Source of the DNA: Minisyncoccota bacterium
GTDB lineage: Bacteria; Patescibacteriota; Minisyncoccia; 2-02-FULL-40-12; GWA2-44-9
Direction of reading: 5' to 3'
NCBI GenBank assembly: GCA_030583765.1
Contig: CP129474.1
Location: 265,709-329,708 of the forward strand
DNA: 64,000 nt
Shown here: positions 1-8,959 of the stretch, in pieces
Layout: every line of letters starts with the position of its first letter
How positions within the stretch are numbered: position 1 is the stretch's first letter
The notes under the pieces: model-generated
Database searches by the model: none
What the model saw: only the letters and a program-made list of their open reading frames with translations
What the model was told of the DNA's origin: nothing
Program-made: the position numbers and the translations under genes

Positions 1-830
1 ATAGATTCTAGCATCTGCGTTGCTGTAATTACCGGCTTACCCATCGTGCGGGCAACACGAATCAACTGCTTTTGGATGTGAGGCACCTCTGCAAGAGGGA
101 CGGCAAAACCGAGATCACCGCGCGCAACCATAAGCCCATCTGCTTCGCGTAAAATTTCTTCAACACGATCAACGCCAGCTTTTGTCTCAATTTTTGCGAT
201 CAGCATAGGCGTATATCCCTTAGGGCATGCTTTGCGCACTGCCTTCACGTCAGCCGCACTCTGCACGAAAGAAATTGCCAGCGCATCTGCGCCAACCTCC
301 GCCATCATTTTTATGTCTGCTTTATCTTTTGCAGAAAGCGAAAACGCATTCACGTGCATCCCCTGCGCCGAAAAGCCCATTTTTGATTTCACAACTCCCG
401 GCACGATAACGCGCGCTGTCACTATGCCTTTCTGTATCCGAGTCACTTCTAGTTTTGGCGCGCCATCATTAAGATAAATCTCTGCGCCAACCGCGAGGTG
501 GTCAATAATCTCCGGAAAATTAATCGTGAGCGCATCAGTACCATCGTCACTCTTTACAAAGCGCAGCGTATCGCCCGCCTGCACGTGCCGTTCTGTGGTC
601 ATGCCCGTACGTATCTTTGGGCCTCCGAGATCGCCCATGATCGCCAACGGACGTTGTAGCTTTTCTTCGGCTTCACGCACTGCCTGCGTGCGCGCATGTG
701 ATTCTTCTAGTGTTGCGTGGGTAAGGTTAAAACGGAACACGTCCACGCCAAACTTTGCGAGCTTGAGGATCATCTCCGGTGAATCACTCGCGGGGCCGAG
801 CGTAGCGACAATTTTCACTTTTTTATGCAT
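1..830 (-). CDS. pyk: pyruvate kinase (C-terminus runs off window edge)
   Basis: Minus-strand translation from ATG (rc of 828-830) reads MHKKVKIVATLGPASDSPEMILKLAKFGVDVFRFN..., the canonical pyruvate kinase N-terminus. The frame is open to position 1. Confidence 0.85.
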   Translation of the reverse strand, partial: MHKKVKIVATLGPASDSPEMILKLAKFGVDVFRFNLTHATLEESHARTQAVREAEEKLQRPLAIMGDLGGPKIRTGMTTERHVQAGDTLRFVKSDDGTDALTINFPEIIDHLAVGAEIYLNDGAPKLEVTRIQKGIVTARVIVPGVVKSKMGFSAQGMHVNAFSLSAKDKADIKMMAEVGADALAISFVQSAADVKAVRKACPKGYTPMLIAKIETKAGVDRVEEILREADGLMVARGDLGFAVPLAEVPHIQKQLIRVARTMGKPVITATQMLES

Positions 831-928
831 AGAATGGTTTTTAGACAAAAAGGATATGCATTGTAGCTGAAGCACGGAAAAAAGAAAAGCCCCACAAAGG
901 GGCTTTTCTCGATCAGCGTGCCGCGTGC

Positions 929-1327
929 TTACGATGACAAGCGGCGTGAGAATGCGAGCGGGCCAGGGCCAAAGGCGGACACACAAAGCGCGAGCGCGAG
1001 AAGACCAATTTCAAGCTCATAGCCACCGACAAAGCCCATTTTGAACTTCACCAGCGCGATTGCGCCCACCATCACGAGCGCCAAGAGGCGGCCGGCCCAC
1101 AACGTCCATGCGCCAATGAGCACTGCGATACCGCCCAAGAACTCAACAAGGGCAACGACGTATGCCATGAACGCCGGCATGCCAAGTGTTCCAAAGAAGC
1201 CCACGATTGCATCCATGTTGTTCAGCTTCTGCCAGCCATGGGCAATAAAGACAGCGCCGAGCACTACACGAGCAAGAACAATAACCCATCCTTGCATTTT
1301 CGGTCCTGGAGCAAAAAATTCCTTCAT
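929..1327 (-). CDS. DoxX family membrane protein
   Basis: 132 aa, 4 predicted TM helices, DoxX-like composition (…VFIAHGWQKL…FLGGIAVLIGAWT…). Confidence 0.55.
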   Translation of the reverse strand: MKEFFAPGPKMQGWVIVLARVVLGAVFIAHGWQKLNNMDAIVGFFGTLGMPAFMAYVVALVEFLGGIAVLIGAWTLWAGRLLALVMVGAIALVKFKMGFVGGYELEIGLLALALCVSAFGPGPLAFSRRLSS

Positions 1328-1418
1328 GTGTCACCCGCATGTGTAGGTGCAACGCGTGCCACAGGCCAAGCGCTACATTCACGCATGCGCGTCTTTAATT
1401 GCTGTCTATTGTACACGC

Positions 1419-1934
1419 CTATACTGCACGCGCAATGCCAGCGATAAGGAAAATACCGATCGCGTTCCCCACAAATGCGAGGAGGAGAAATTGCCAGCGA
1501 GCCAACTTTGCAACTCCAAGAACAGCAACCCCTAACTCATCCGGCAATGGGCTTGCGATCACCATGGCACCCAGCACCCACAAGAGCGCGTGCGTAACTG
1601 GAGAGCACGGAGGACGGTGTAGCCAACGAGTCATGCGCTTCATAGGAAGCGCCCGATGAGCGGCAGATAAGAGAAGCGAGTCCCCCAACATGGCGCCAAG
1701 ACCGCCCCACAGCGCCATCACCCATGGCGAGAAAGCGTCAGACATTTCAATAAAGAGCGCGGAGGCTGGCCCCGTAGTAAGGAGTGTCGTGAAACCGATG
1801 CCCGTCACAAATACTCCCAGCCACTTGAGATCAATCAGGAAGCGCACCAAAAAGTCATCGTCCGTCGACGCGAGCATGAAAAGCGCAACGCCAATGCTCG
1901 CGAGCGCGAAGATAAGAACTTTAAGAGCTTTCAT
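1419..1934 (-). CDS. hypothetical polytopic membrane protein
   Basis: 171-aa ORF, strongly hydrophobic with multiple TM segments. No recognisable motif. Confidence 0.4.
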   Translation of the reverse strand: MKALKVLIFALASIGVALFMLASTDDDFLVRFLIDLKWLGVFVTGIGFTTLLTTGPASALFIEMSDAFSPWVMALWGGLGAMLGDSLLLSAAHRALPMKRMTRWLHRPPCSPVTHALLWVLGAMVIASPLPDELGVAVLGVAKLARWQFLLLAFVGNAIGIFLIAGIARAV

Positions 1935-1940
1935 GGGTGA

Positions 1941-2348
1941 TTAGAGCAATCCAAACGTCACGACAAAGAGCACAAGGAAGTTGAGCGCAGACACCACGCA
2001 CCACGTGCAGAACGCACGAATGACGGCTGCCTGTATGTACACAAAGTACATGGAGAAAACGAAGCCGAATGCAACCACTGCTTGGATTGCCGCGAAAGAT
2101 GCAGTGCCAGATGCAACGAGCCCGCTTAACACCAACAACAATGTATAGATACCAAGTCCTGCTACGGAGTTCGGAATGCCGAACGTTTTACTATACGGAC
2201 TGTGCTGCACTTTTCTGCACCACTCCTGCGGGAAGAACCAGCAAGCAACATCGGTGCCCCGCATTTTGTGATAGATCAGGTACAGCGTATCGAGGATGCC
2301 GATCACCGCACACACTTTTACGATTTGAAGCGTCGTTTCCATGAACAT
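1941..2348 (-). CDS. vitamin K epoxide reductase (VKOR) family protein
   Basis: 135 aa, TM-rich, with paired Cys motifs CWFFPQEWC and CTWC typical of VKOR disulfide-forming proteins. Confidence 0.65.
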   Translation of the reverse strand: MFMETTLQIVKVCAVIGILDTLYLIYHKMRGTDVACWFFPQEWCRKVQHSPYSKTFGIPNSVAGLGIYTLLLVLSGLVASGTASFAAIQAVVAFGFVFSMYFVYIQAAVIRAFCTWCVVSALNFLVLFVVTFGLL

Positions 2349-2950
2349 TATTTTCCAGAACCCGCGATGGTGAAGCTCTGTACGAACGCTTCAAAGTCAC
2401 GCGTTACAGAAGAATTTGGTTTATACGGATAGTGTCCTAACGTGATCACTCGACCATCACCTGTGAAATAGACGTAGGTGAGCGTATCGCCATCGGCAAT
2501 GTTTGCGCTCATCACCACGCGCGTCATGGTAAGTGGCCCCACCTTCACCGACCTACGCTCTTTGAGAAATTCACTCCCTAGTACCATGCCATTGCCCGTG
2601 AACCACTCTTGTTCATTGCGCGCTCCACTGCTCTGTCCCAATGGCGCAACGGTTACCGAGAATTGGTTGCCGTATGCGTATCCCTCTGTCCCCTCCAAGA
2701 CCTCAAACTCTTTCTTTTGCGTAAACAAAACATGTCCCGACGTAATCTCATGCGGATACCACCCCGTAGGAACAGAGGCGGTATACAATCCACCCGCTCC
2801 ACGGTATACACCCGTGTTTGAAATATCTGGCGTACCACTCACAGTCGGTTCTGCGGTTTCTGCAGGCGCACTCTCCCCGCCGCGCGTGAACAGCCACACA
2901 CCGAGCACCACCACGAGCAATATTCCTGCAACAACAATAATGCGTTTCAT
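2348..2950 (-). CDS. hypothetical membrane-anchored or secreted protein
   Basis: Likely start is MKRIIVVAGILLVVVLGVWLF (signal/anchor), giving a ~200 aa soluble domain. The longer ORF-track N-extension is Arg/Cys-rich and unlikely to be real. Confidence 0.4.
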   Translation of the reverse strand: MKRIIVVAGILLVVVLGVWLFTRGGESAPAETAEPTVSGTPDISNTGVYRGAGGLYTASVPTGWYPHEITSGHVLFTQKKEFEVLEGTEGYAYGNQFSVTVAPLGQSSGARNEQEWFTGNGMVLGSEFLKERRSVKVGPLTMTRVVMSANIADGDTLTYVYFTGDGRVITLGHYPYKPNSSVTRDFEAFVQSFTIAGSGK

Positions 2951-3051
2951 ATACGTATAGTATACCAAAAAACAAACGGGCACGCCCCTTTGCGTGGCGG
3001 TATTTGACTTATGCGATAAACAGACGTAGTGTATGGCCCGAAGGAGGACGC

Positions 3052-3423
3052 ATGCGCAGTTGGCTTTTGATCGCAGTGCTTGCTCTCGGAGCGCTCTTCG
3101 GATGCACTCCGCCGCAAGAGCCCAAACACCGTCCCCCACAGCCCGTGATGACGCCCACCCCGGAACCGGTGCACTGGTTCCGGATCACGCGCCCCGGCCG
3201 GGAGAACGAGCTCCTAAAGGTCGTGGGGTACATCCGGGTCTACGCAAAGGACGGGTGCGTGACCATCACAAGCGACGCCCCGTTCATAGCCGCCGACACC
3301 AAGTTCCACGAATGTGGAGTCGGGGTCACGAACATCTCCAACCCCAACAAGGTGTCGATCGAGACCGAGCAGCGCCCGGGAACCCCGCAGCCCAAACCGC
3401 CGCAGCCGCTCGAAAAGCCGTAA
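3052..3423 (+). CDS. hypothetical lipoprotein
   Basis: MRSWLLIAVLALGALFGC is a signal peptide with a lipobox (LFGC). Pro-rich C-terminus. Confidence 0.45.
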   Translation: MRSWLLIAVLALGALFGCTPPQEPKHRPPQPVMTPTPEPVHWFRITRPGRENELLKVVGYIRVYAKDGCVTITSDAPFIAADTKFHECGVGVTNISNPNKVSIETEQRPGTPQPKPPQPLEKP

Positions 3424-3560
3424 CTCCCAGCCCCGTGCACGATGTGCTCGGGGCTGTCTTCTTTGCTGGTTACAGATGTCTATAGGGTTACTACACCAGT
3501 CCCCGCCTGCGTATTCCATGGAAGAGTGCCTTACGTCTCAATGATGTACGAAATAGGCGT

Positions 3561-3758
3561 CTAACGATGCTTATCAATCCATCCTGATAAGTAAAATAGT
3601 AATGCCGACGGGATCGCAACAAACAACAACTTTTTTGTTAACTCCTCACTGCAAACAAAACTCGGCCATAAGCAGTTGTAATATCCGTCCACAGAGAGCA
3701 GGATCAGAATCGACGCCAAGACGATAATTGCTAATTGTATTTTTGATATATTGTACAT
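3561..3758 (-). CDS. small two-TM membrane protein
   Basis: 65 aa in an AT-rich segment, immediately downstream of the Abi-like gene on the same strand. Confidence 0.35.
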   Translation of the reverse strand: MYNISKIQLAIIVLASILILLSVDGYYNCLWPSFVCSEELTKKLLFVAIPSALLFYLSGWIDKHR

Positions 3759-3773
3759 AGTGTTTTAGCTTCC

Positions 3774-5021
3774 TCAGGTCTCGGGCGGAAAGTTATCATA
3801 GAGGTTCGCGAGAGCGGCCCCAAATAGCCCTGGCCGCTCCTTTTCAAGCTCTTCCGAGAAATCCCCCCATCCAATCATTTGGTCGTTTGTCTGACTTTCA
3901 ATATACATATTTTCGATATCTTTTTGAGTCAGAACGTCCATAAGAATTCTCATGGCAGCAAAAAATATATCGCTTTGACGATAACTATCAACATTGTAAT
4001 TTGCGATGATCTCATCCTTAATTAGTCTTCGGAGATACATATCGGAGTCAGCTAAGAGCCCTGAAATTATTGTGTCTTCGAGGAGTTCTTTCCTGGAAAG
4101 AAATCTCTTATTACTATTCAATGCAGTTAATAAATCCCTTGCCAAGTGTGTTTTTTGGTCCACCTGAAATTCAAGAGAACTATAAAGAAAGTCGGAAATT
4201 GTCTTGGCACTATCTACAACAAGCTTCGCCTGATGTTTAGCTGGTTTGAGTGAGCGACGATGGCGATCCCCTAGACGATTACTGAGAGAGTCAAGGTTCT
4301 GGATAATACCATTAAACCCTCGGACTAGGCCCTTCATTCCCTCATGCGCATGCTCATCTTCTGAAAGATTTAAGAGGCCTTTCACTTTCTTATAATCCGA
4401 TAGTAGATTCCCAGTCTCCTCCAGTTGCTGACCGGTGCACTGCAGGTACACCTCACCAAGTATGCCTTCGACCAGAGATCGAGCGTTTGTGATTGCGCCG
4501 TCGTAATCACCGGTTTTTAATTTATCATCACACTTTATTATCTGCTCACGAACAAAACTGGAAGAAATTCTTTTCTCGGTGGCAATCTGAATAATTTCTG
4601 TCAGTAGTCGCGCAGCGTAAACGGGTCGCCCAGAAATCATGCGCGATTCAAAAATTTCATAACCATCTCCCTCGAGATGCTGGTTAAAAATCTTTAGGAG
4701 CTTAACGACCTCCTCGGACTTTGTTCGAACAACTGGGTGCAACATCTCGCAAATAAACATCAAAAACTTATCATCAGTGCATGCGAGAAGGTTAATGCGC
4801 TTATCTGTGAATACCCAATTATCTGGCCAATCAGAGTTATGCAACCTGTGCTGAATGATTTCGGCTTCCATGATTGGGAAACGAACATCATATGAAGGCA
4901 TCTCACTCAACCTATACAAACGAGACAGGAAGTCGACCTCACTAAGTCTTCCGTGCCAAGCAAAAGTCGACCCTTGAATTTCATCGATGATATCCCTTCG
5001 AGTTACTTCTGATATAGCCAT
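3774..5021 (-). CDS. abortive-infection (Abi_C/AbiJ-like) protein with HEPN Rx4H motif
   Basis: 415-aa ORF in a markedly low-GC segment. The C-terminal region contains NRLGDRHRRS (R-x4-H, HEPN signature of the Abi_C family), preceded by a long helical N-domain. Confidence 0.5.
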   Translation of the reverse strand: MAISEVTRRDIIDEIQGSTFAWHGRLSEVDFLSRLYRLSEMPSYDVRFPIMEAEIIQHRLHNSDWPDNWVFTDKRINLLACTDDKFLMFICEMLHPVVRTKSEEVVKLLKIFNQHLEGDGYEIFESRMISGRPVYAARLLTEIIQIATEKRISSSFVREQIIKCDDKLKTGDYDGAITNARSLVEGILGEVYLQCTGQQLEETGNLLSDYKKVKGLLNLSEDEHAHEGMKGLVRGFNGIIQNLDSLSNRLGDRHRRSLKPAKHQAKLVVDSAKTISDFLYSSLEFQVDQKTHLARDLLTALNSNKRFLSRKELLEDTIISGLLADSDMYLRRLIKDEIIANYNVDSYRQSDIFFAAMRILMDVLTQKDIENMYIESQTNDQMIGWGDFSEELEKERPGLFGAALANLYDNFPPET

Positions 5022-5063
5022 AATAACCTCCGGTCTCTCTGATGCTTAAAGTCAGCGACCCTG

Positions 5064-5076
5064 GCGGGGCCTGGAC
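5064..5076. repeat. 13-nt copy of tRNA-Gln 3' end (gcggggcctggac), att-like remnant
   Basis: Identical to the tRNA-Gln acceptor/T-stem 3' segment, same orientation, ~300 bp downstream of the tRNA 3' end. Confidence 0.5.
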
Positions 5077-5213
5077 ACAAATCTAACGCTATCTTTTCCC
5101 CACCTTACGCCCTTCGTTTTTCGCATGCAAGACCGCATTCTGGGCCCCAGAACACAAAGCGCCCATACATGGGCGCTTTGTTAAATAGATGTATGTGCTC
5201 ATCGCCTACACTA

Positions 5214-5229
5214 TGCGGGGCCTGGACTC
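5214..5229. repeat. 16-nt perfect copy of tRNA-Gln 3' end (tgcggggcctggactc), att-like duplicate
   Basis: 16/16 identical to 5378-5393 (the tRNA 3' end), same orientation, 149 bp downstream of the tRNA. Confidence 0.6.
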
Positions 5230-5377
5230 ACCTTCCGCTCTCGACCTTGCCGTCGCAAGGTCTCGGCTTCAGGCTCCTGCCCTCGCGGTACCATCTGCTG
5301 ATGATACATCGCTCCGGGCAATGTATGTACCCGCCGCCTACTGGCGCTGGGCACTGCGCTCCTCTTCAGTCGCTTGC

Positions 5378-5447
5378 TGCGGGGCCTGGACTCGAACCAA
5401 GATTTTTAGGGCCAGAACCTAACGTCCTACCATTAGACGACCCCGCA
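5378..5447 (-). tRNA. tRNA-Gln (anticodon CUG)
   Basis: Hand-folded cloverleaf on the minus strand: acceptor TGCGGGG/CCCCGCA, D-arm GTCT…GGAC, anticodon stem TTAGG/CCTAA with loop TTCTGGC (CTG), T-arm CTTGG-TTCGAGT-CCAGG. No encoded CCA. Confidence 0.85.
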
Positions 5448-5530
5448 AGAATCAAACAGCCCCGAGTGTACACGAAAAAGGGGCTTTTTTCAACGGCCCT
5501 CATTTCTGCTCGCCCTAATATTCTGGTACT

Positions 5531-6061
5531 ATGGATGACATGGATACGCTCATTACGTTGAGTGCAGCGCTTGCCCTTGCGACGGTTATTGAATTTTACA
5601 CGCTCGCATTGCGGCTTTCCTTTCATCTCAAATCACGGCACATTCAACAAGATGTGATCCGCATGCCACGCATCCACCACTCCTACCTTGGCATTGCCCT
5701 ACTCATCGTTCACTACGCGTTCTATCCCTCGCTGTGACTTGCGGTCATTGGATGGGCGCTCATTCTCTCTGATGCCTTTCACCACGCCATAGCGCTTCCG
5801 CTCATGAAAAAGCGTGGCTATGACATTGGCATGCGTCGCCATGCACATGCGCACTCCTACTTTAAGCACGGCCTTGCAGTAGTGCTCATTGCAACAGGCT
5901 TGGTAGCATTTCTCACGCCATTCACGCCCGGTTCATGGCTTGTGTTCCCAGGTGTCGCGCTCATTGTTGGCAAAAAAAATGCACGCGCACTTGCACGACG
6001 CATACTAGGAAAGAAGCTCGTGGAGAATCCCCACGTAGCACGCATGCTTCAGAGGTTATAA
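5531..6061 (+). pseudogene. membrane protein reading frame interrupted by an in-frame TGA (or two adjacent small ORFs of 68 and 85 aa)
   Basis: ORFs 5531-5737 and 5804-6061 are in the same frame, separated by a single TGA at 5738-5740. Hydrophobic, TM-like sequence continues straight across the stop (…YPSL*LAVIGWALILSDAF…). Confidence 0.3.
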
Positions 6062-6616
6062 GAGGCGACGTTCGTATGCCCTGGCAACACGAATGAACCA
6101 TGGATCGGCGCTTGGCTCAAAAGGGCGCACGTGGATAGATTTCCACCCCGCCGTATTTGCACCGAGAATATCCGTGAGCACTTGATCCCCAATGTGCACG
6201 CACTGCTGCGGCGCAAGATTCCATCGCCGCTGCGCCACTCGAAAACCGTCAACTGACGGTTTTCTTTTTCGTGCCTGAATGACCGGAATATCAAGAGCTG
6301 CCCCTGCACGAGACACACGACTGCCGATAGCATTCGACAGAACGCACACATTACCACTAAATATGTGTGCCCACTTGGAGAGTATGGGGGCAAGCGAAGC
6401 ATCTACTACACCAGAGCCATAGGCGGCGAGCGTTTGATCAAAGTCAAAACTCACACCACGGATTCCCTGTGCATACAGAGTGTGAGGATCTATGCGCGCA
6501 ACAGATGCGTGGGCCTCCCACGGTCGCAACAACTGCAACGCGCGCTCATTGAGCGCGCGAAAGGGATTGAGATATGGGAGTAGGACAGGGTTCGTGAGAA
6601 AATCGATAGCCACCAT
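6056..6616 (-). CDS. HAD-superfamily IIIA phosphatase (YqeG-like)
   Basis: 186 aa. DxDxT motif (FDFDQTL) and later HAD motifs (SN…, GD). Confidence 0.55.
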   Translation of the reverse strand: MVAIDFLTNPVLLPYLNPFRALNERALQLLRPWEAHASVARIDPHTLYAQGIRGVSFDFDQTLAAYGSGVVDASLAPILSKWAHIFSGNVCVLSNAIGSRVSRAGAALDIPVIQARKRKPSVDGFRVAQRRWNLAPQQCVHIGDQVLTDILGANTAGWKSIHVRPFEPSADPWFIRVARAYERRLL

Positions 6617-6619
6617 TGG

Positions 6620-7531
6620 CTAAATGCGCAGGAAGCGGCGGATGGCGATCGTGCTGGACACAACGCCCAAGAGCACACCGATCACCAGTACCGTCAGCAC
6701 CGTTTGCGGCGCATGACTTATGAAATATTGTGTAAGTGCAACGCCAGGAATTTTATCAGCTACATCGGCGCTAATGAACGAAAGCGCCGGATAAAACACG
6801 GCCAGCGACAGGAGCGACGCAAACACGCCGTACAGCACGCCTTCCACCAAAAATGGTGCGCGAATATGCCAGTTTGATCCCCCCACCAAGCGCATGATCT
6901 CAATTTCTTGGTGTTGCGTGTAGATTGTCAGGCGCACCGTGTTAAAGGTGACCAACACGGCGATGATCGAAAGGAGCAGTGTCGTTGCCATGCCCCAACT
7001 CCGCAAACCCTTAGAAATACTCTGCACGCGCGCGATCACTTGCTCGTTCTCATAGAAGTTAATCTTCTCAATCAGAGGACGAAAGCGCGTGCCTTCAAGG
7101 TAGTTGGCGATGCCCGCATATTCAGATGAGTCTTTCGCTTTGATGTTCACCGATGCCTGGAGCGGGTTATCGTCGAGCTCCGCGAGCGATTCTTGAATGA
7201 GCGCGTTACCCGCATGGCGCGCTTTAAAATCTTCAAAAGCTTTTTCGCGTGAAATGTATTCTACATATGCAACCGCAGGAAGCGCTTCAATGTCTTGCTG
7301 AATCTTTAAAATATCCTCTTCTGCGGTGGTGGTCTTGAAATACACACTCACGTCTACCTTGTCTTCGATGCTCTGGGTAATCGAGTTTGCGATCACATTG
7401 AGCGTCATGAGGCCCAAGAATACAAAGAGCACGAGCGCCATCACTCCCGTAGTGCCGAAGCTCACGTAGCTGTTACGCAGAAAGTTTGTCCATCCGGAGC
7501 GCAAAATGCGCTTAAACATTTCTTGAGACAT
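6620..7531 (-). CDS. ftsX: cell-division ABC transporter permease FtsX
   Basis: 303 aa with 4 TM helices and a large periplasmic loop. Immediately downstream of ftsE. Confidence 0.8.
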   Translation of the reverse strand: MSQEMFKRILRSGWTNFLRNSYVSFGTTGVMALVLFVFLGLMTLNVIANSITQSIEDKVDVSVYFKTTTAEEDILKIQQDIEALPAVAYVEYISREKAFEDFKARHAGNALIQESLAELDDNPLQASVNIKAKDSSEYAGIANYLEGTRFRPLIEKINFYENEQVIARVQSISKGLRSWGMATTLLLSIIAVLVTFNTVRLTIYTQHQEIEIMRLVGGSNWHIRAPFLVEGVLYGVFASLLSLAVFYPALSFISADVADKIPGVALTQYFISHAPQTVLTVLVIGVLLGVVSSTIAIRRFLRI

Positions 7532-7536
7532 AGAAT

Positions 7537-8220
7537 TTAGATAACGTATTTACCACCGTCTTTCTGGTCGCGCACAATCTTTCCCTTCTCCATGGTAATG
7601 ACGCGCTTTTCAAGCGAGTTTACCAAATCACGGTTGTGCGTCACCATAATGACCGTGGTGCCGAGTGAATGAATCTTCTTTAAGAGCTGGAGCACGTCGT
7701 GACTGTTGACGAGGTCCAAGTTCCCCGTTGGCTCATCAGCCAACATAATGCGCGGGCGGTGAATGAGTGCGCGCGCAATGGCAAGACGCTGCTTCTCTCC
7801 GCCAGACATCTGGTGAGGGAAGTTGGTCATTTTGTCTGCAAGTCCTACAATCGCAAGCACTTTAGGCACATCTTCTGCAATCTGGTCATCGCTCGCGCCC
7901 GTCATTTCAAGCGCGAAGGCAACATTCTCATAGGCATTTTTACTGGCGAGCAGTTTGAAGTCTTGGAACACCGTACCGATCTTGCGCCGCAAGAGTGGAA
8001 TGTCAGCGCGGTGTACATCGGCAAGAGAAACGCCATCTACGAGCACCTCTCCATCGCTCGGCTCAAGCTCTTTAATTAAAAGGCGGAGCAACGTCGATTT
8101 GCCCGCACCCGCAGGGCCAACAATGGAGACGAACTCACCATCTTCAATGGTAAGGTCGATAGCGTTCAGTGCTACAAATCCGTCGTTATATACCGATGAG
8201 ACGTTCTTAAATTCAATCAC
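7537..8220 (-). CDS. ftsE: cell-division ATP-binding protein FtsE
   Basis: 227 aa. Walker A GPAGAGKST, ABC signature LSGGEKQR, Walker B LLADEPT. Confidence 0.9.
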   Translation of the reverse strand: MIEFKNVSSVYNDGFVALNAIDLTIEDGEFVSIVGPAGAGKSTLLRLLIKELEPSDGEVLVDGVSLADVHRADIPLLRRKIGTVFQDFKLLASKNAYENVAFALEMTGASDDQIAEDVPKVLAIVGLADKMTNFPHQMSGGEKQRLAIARALIHRPRIMLADEPTGNLDLVNSHDVLQLLKKIHSLGTTVIMVTHNRDLVNSLEKRVITMEKGKIVRDQKDGGKYVI

Positions 8221-8948
8221 GGTGTTGCAAGAAAATCATCAAGATCACCTTCAAGTACACGCTCTGGCTGAGAAGATTTCTTTCCAGATCGGTGATCTTT
8301 CACCATTTGATACGGGTGGAGCACGTAGGAACGAATCTGGCTCCCCCACTCGATAGATCCCGCTTTCATTTCTGGCTTGAGCGCGGAGATCTCGCTCACT
8401 CGTTGCGCCTCCATGCGTTGCATCAGGCGAGCAGTGAGCATACTCATGGCCTTTTCTTTGTTCTGCGCCTGTGAGCGTTCGGTCTGCACTGCTACCGCAA
8501 TACCACTAGGAATGTGTGTGATGCGAACAGCAGTTTCAACCTTGTTCACATTTTGCCCGCCCTTACCACCGGAGCGGAATGTATCAACCCGTAAATCATT
8601 CGGGTTGATAGTGAGCGCCTGGGCGGTGAGCTCGGGAAGAATCTCTACGAGAGCAAACGATGTGTGTCGTAGCTTCTTTGCAGAGAACGGCGAAATGCGC
8701 ACTAAGCGGTGTACGCCACTCTCCCCCTGTAGTATAGCATACACATTCGGACCATTCACCTCACAGGCAACACTTTTTACACCGCCCTGCTCGCCGCGCG
8801 ATTCATCAAGCACAAGAAACTTCCACCCACGCTTCTGCGCGAGGCGACTATACATGCGCAACAGCATGCCCGCCCAATCTTGCGCATCCACCCCTCCCGC
8901 GCCGGCGTAGATGGAAAGAAGCGCTGTATTAGGGTTATGAGGAAGCAT
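8217..8948 (-). CDS. prfB: peptide chain release factor 2, lacking N-terminal domain 1
   Basis: 243 aa. Contains SPF (RISPFSAKK) and GGQ (SGGKGGQNVN) motifs and aligns to E. coli RF2 residues ~118-365. Its ATG is only 11 bp from the tRNA-Thr 3' end, so there is no room for domain 1 or the +1 frameshift site. Has a 4-bp overlap with ftsE. Confidence 0.8.
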   Translation of the reverse strand: MLPHNPNTALLSIYAGAGGVDAQDWAGMLLRMYSRLAQKRGWKFLVLDESRGEQGGVKSVACEVNGPNVYAILQGESGVHRLVRISPFSAKKLRHTSFALVEILPELTAQALTINPNDLRVDTFRSGGKGGQNVNKVETAVRITHIPSGIAVAVQTERSQAQNKEKAMSMLTARLMQRMEAQRVSEISALKPEMKAGSIEWGSQIRSYVLHPYQMVKDHRSGKKSSQPERVLEGDLDDFLATP

Positions 8949-8959
8949 ACAAATAAAAT

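Noticed and set aside
5169-5561. 130-aa plus-strand ORF spanning the tRNA-Gln region
   Set aside because: It overlaps a well-formed tRNA and the att-like repeats, and has Arg/Pro-rich non-protein-like composition. Judged spurious.
5738-5740. In-frame TGA as evidence for an alternative genetic code (UGA=Gly or Trp)
   Set aside because: An RF2 with an intact SPF motif is encoded at 8217-8948, and well-supported genes such as miaA terminate with TGA. Standard code 11 is more parsimonious.
8949-8959. Upstream extension of prfB to recover RF2 domain 1
   Set aside because: Only 11 bp separate the ATG from tRNA-Thr. The in-frame upstream sequence runs into the tRNA and hits a stop within ~50 nt.
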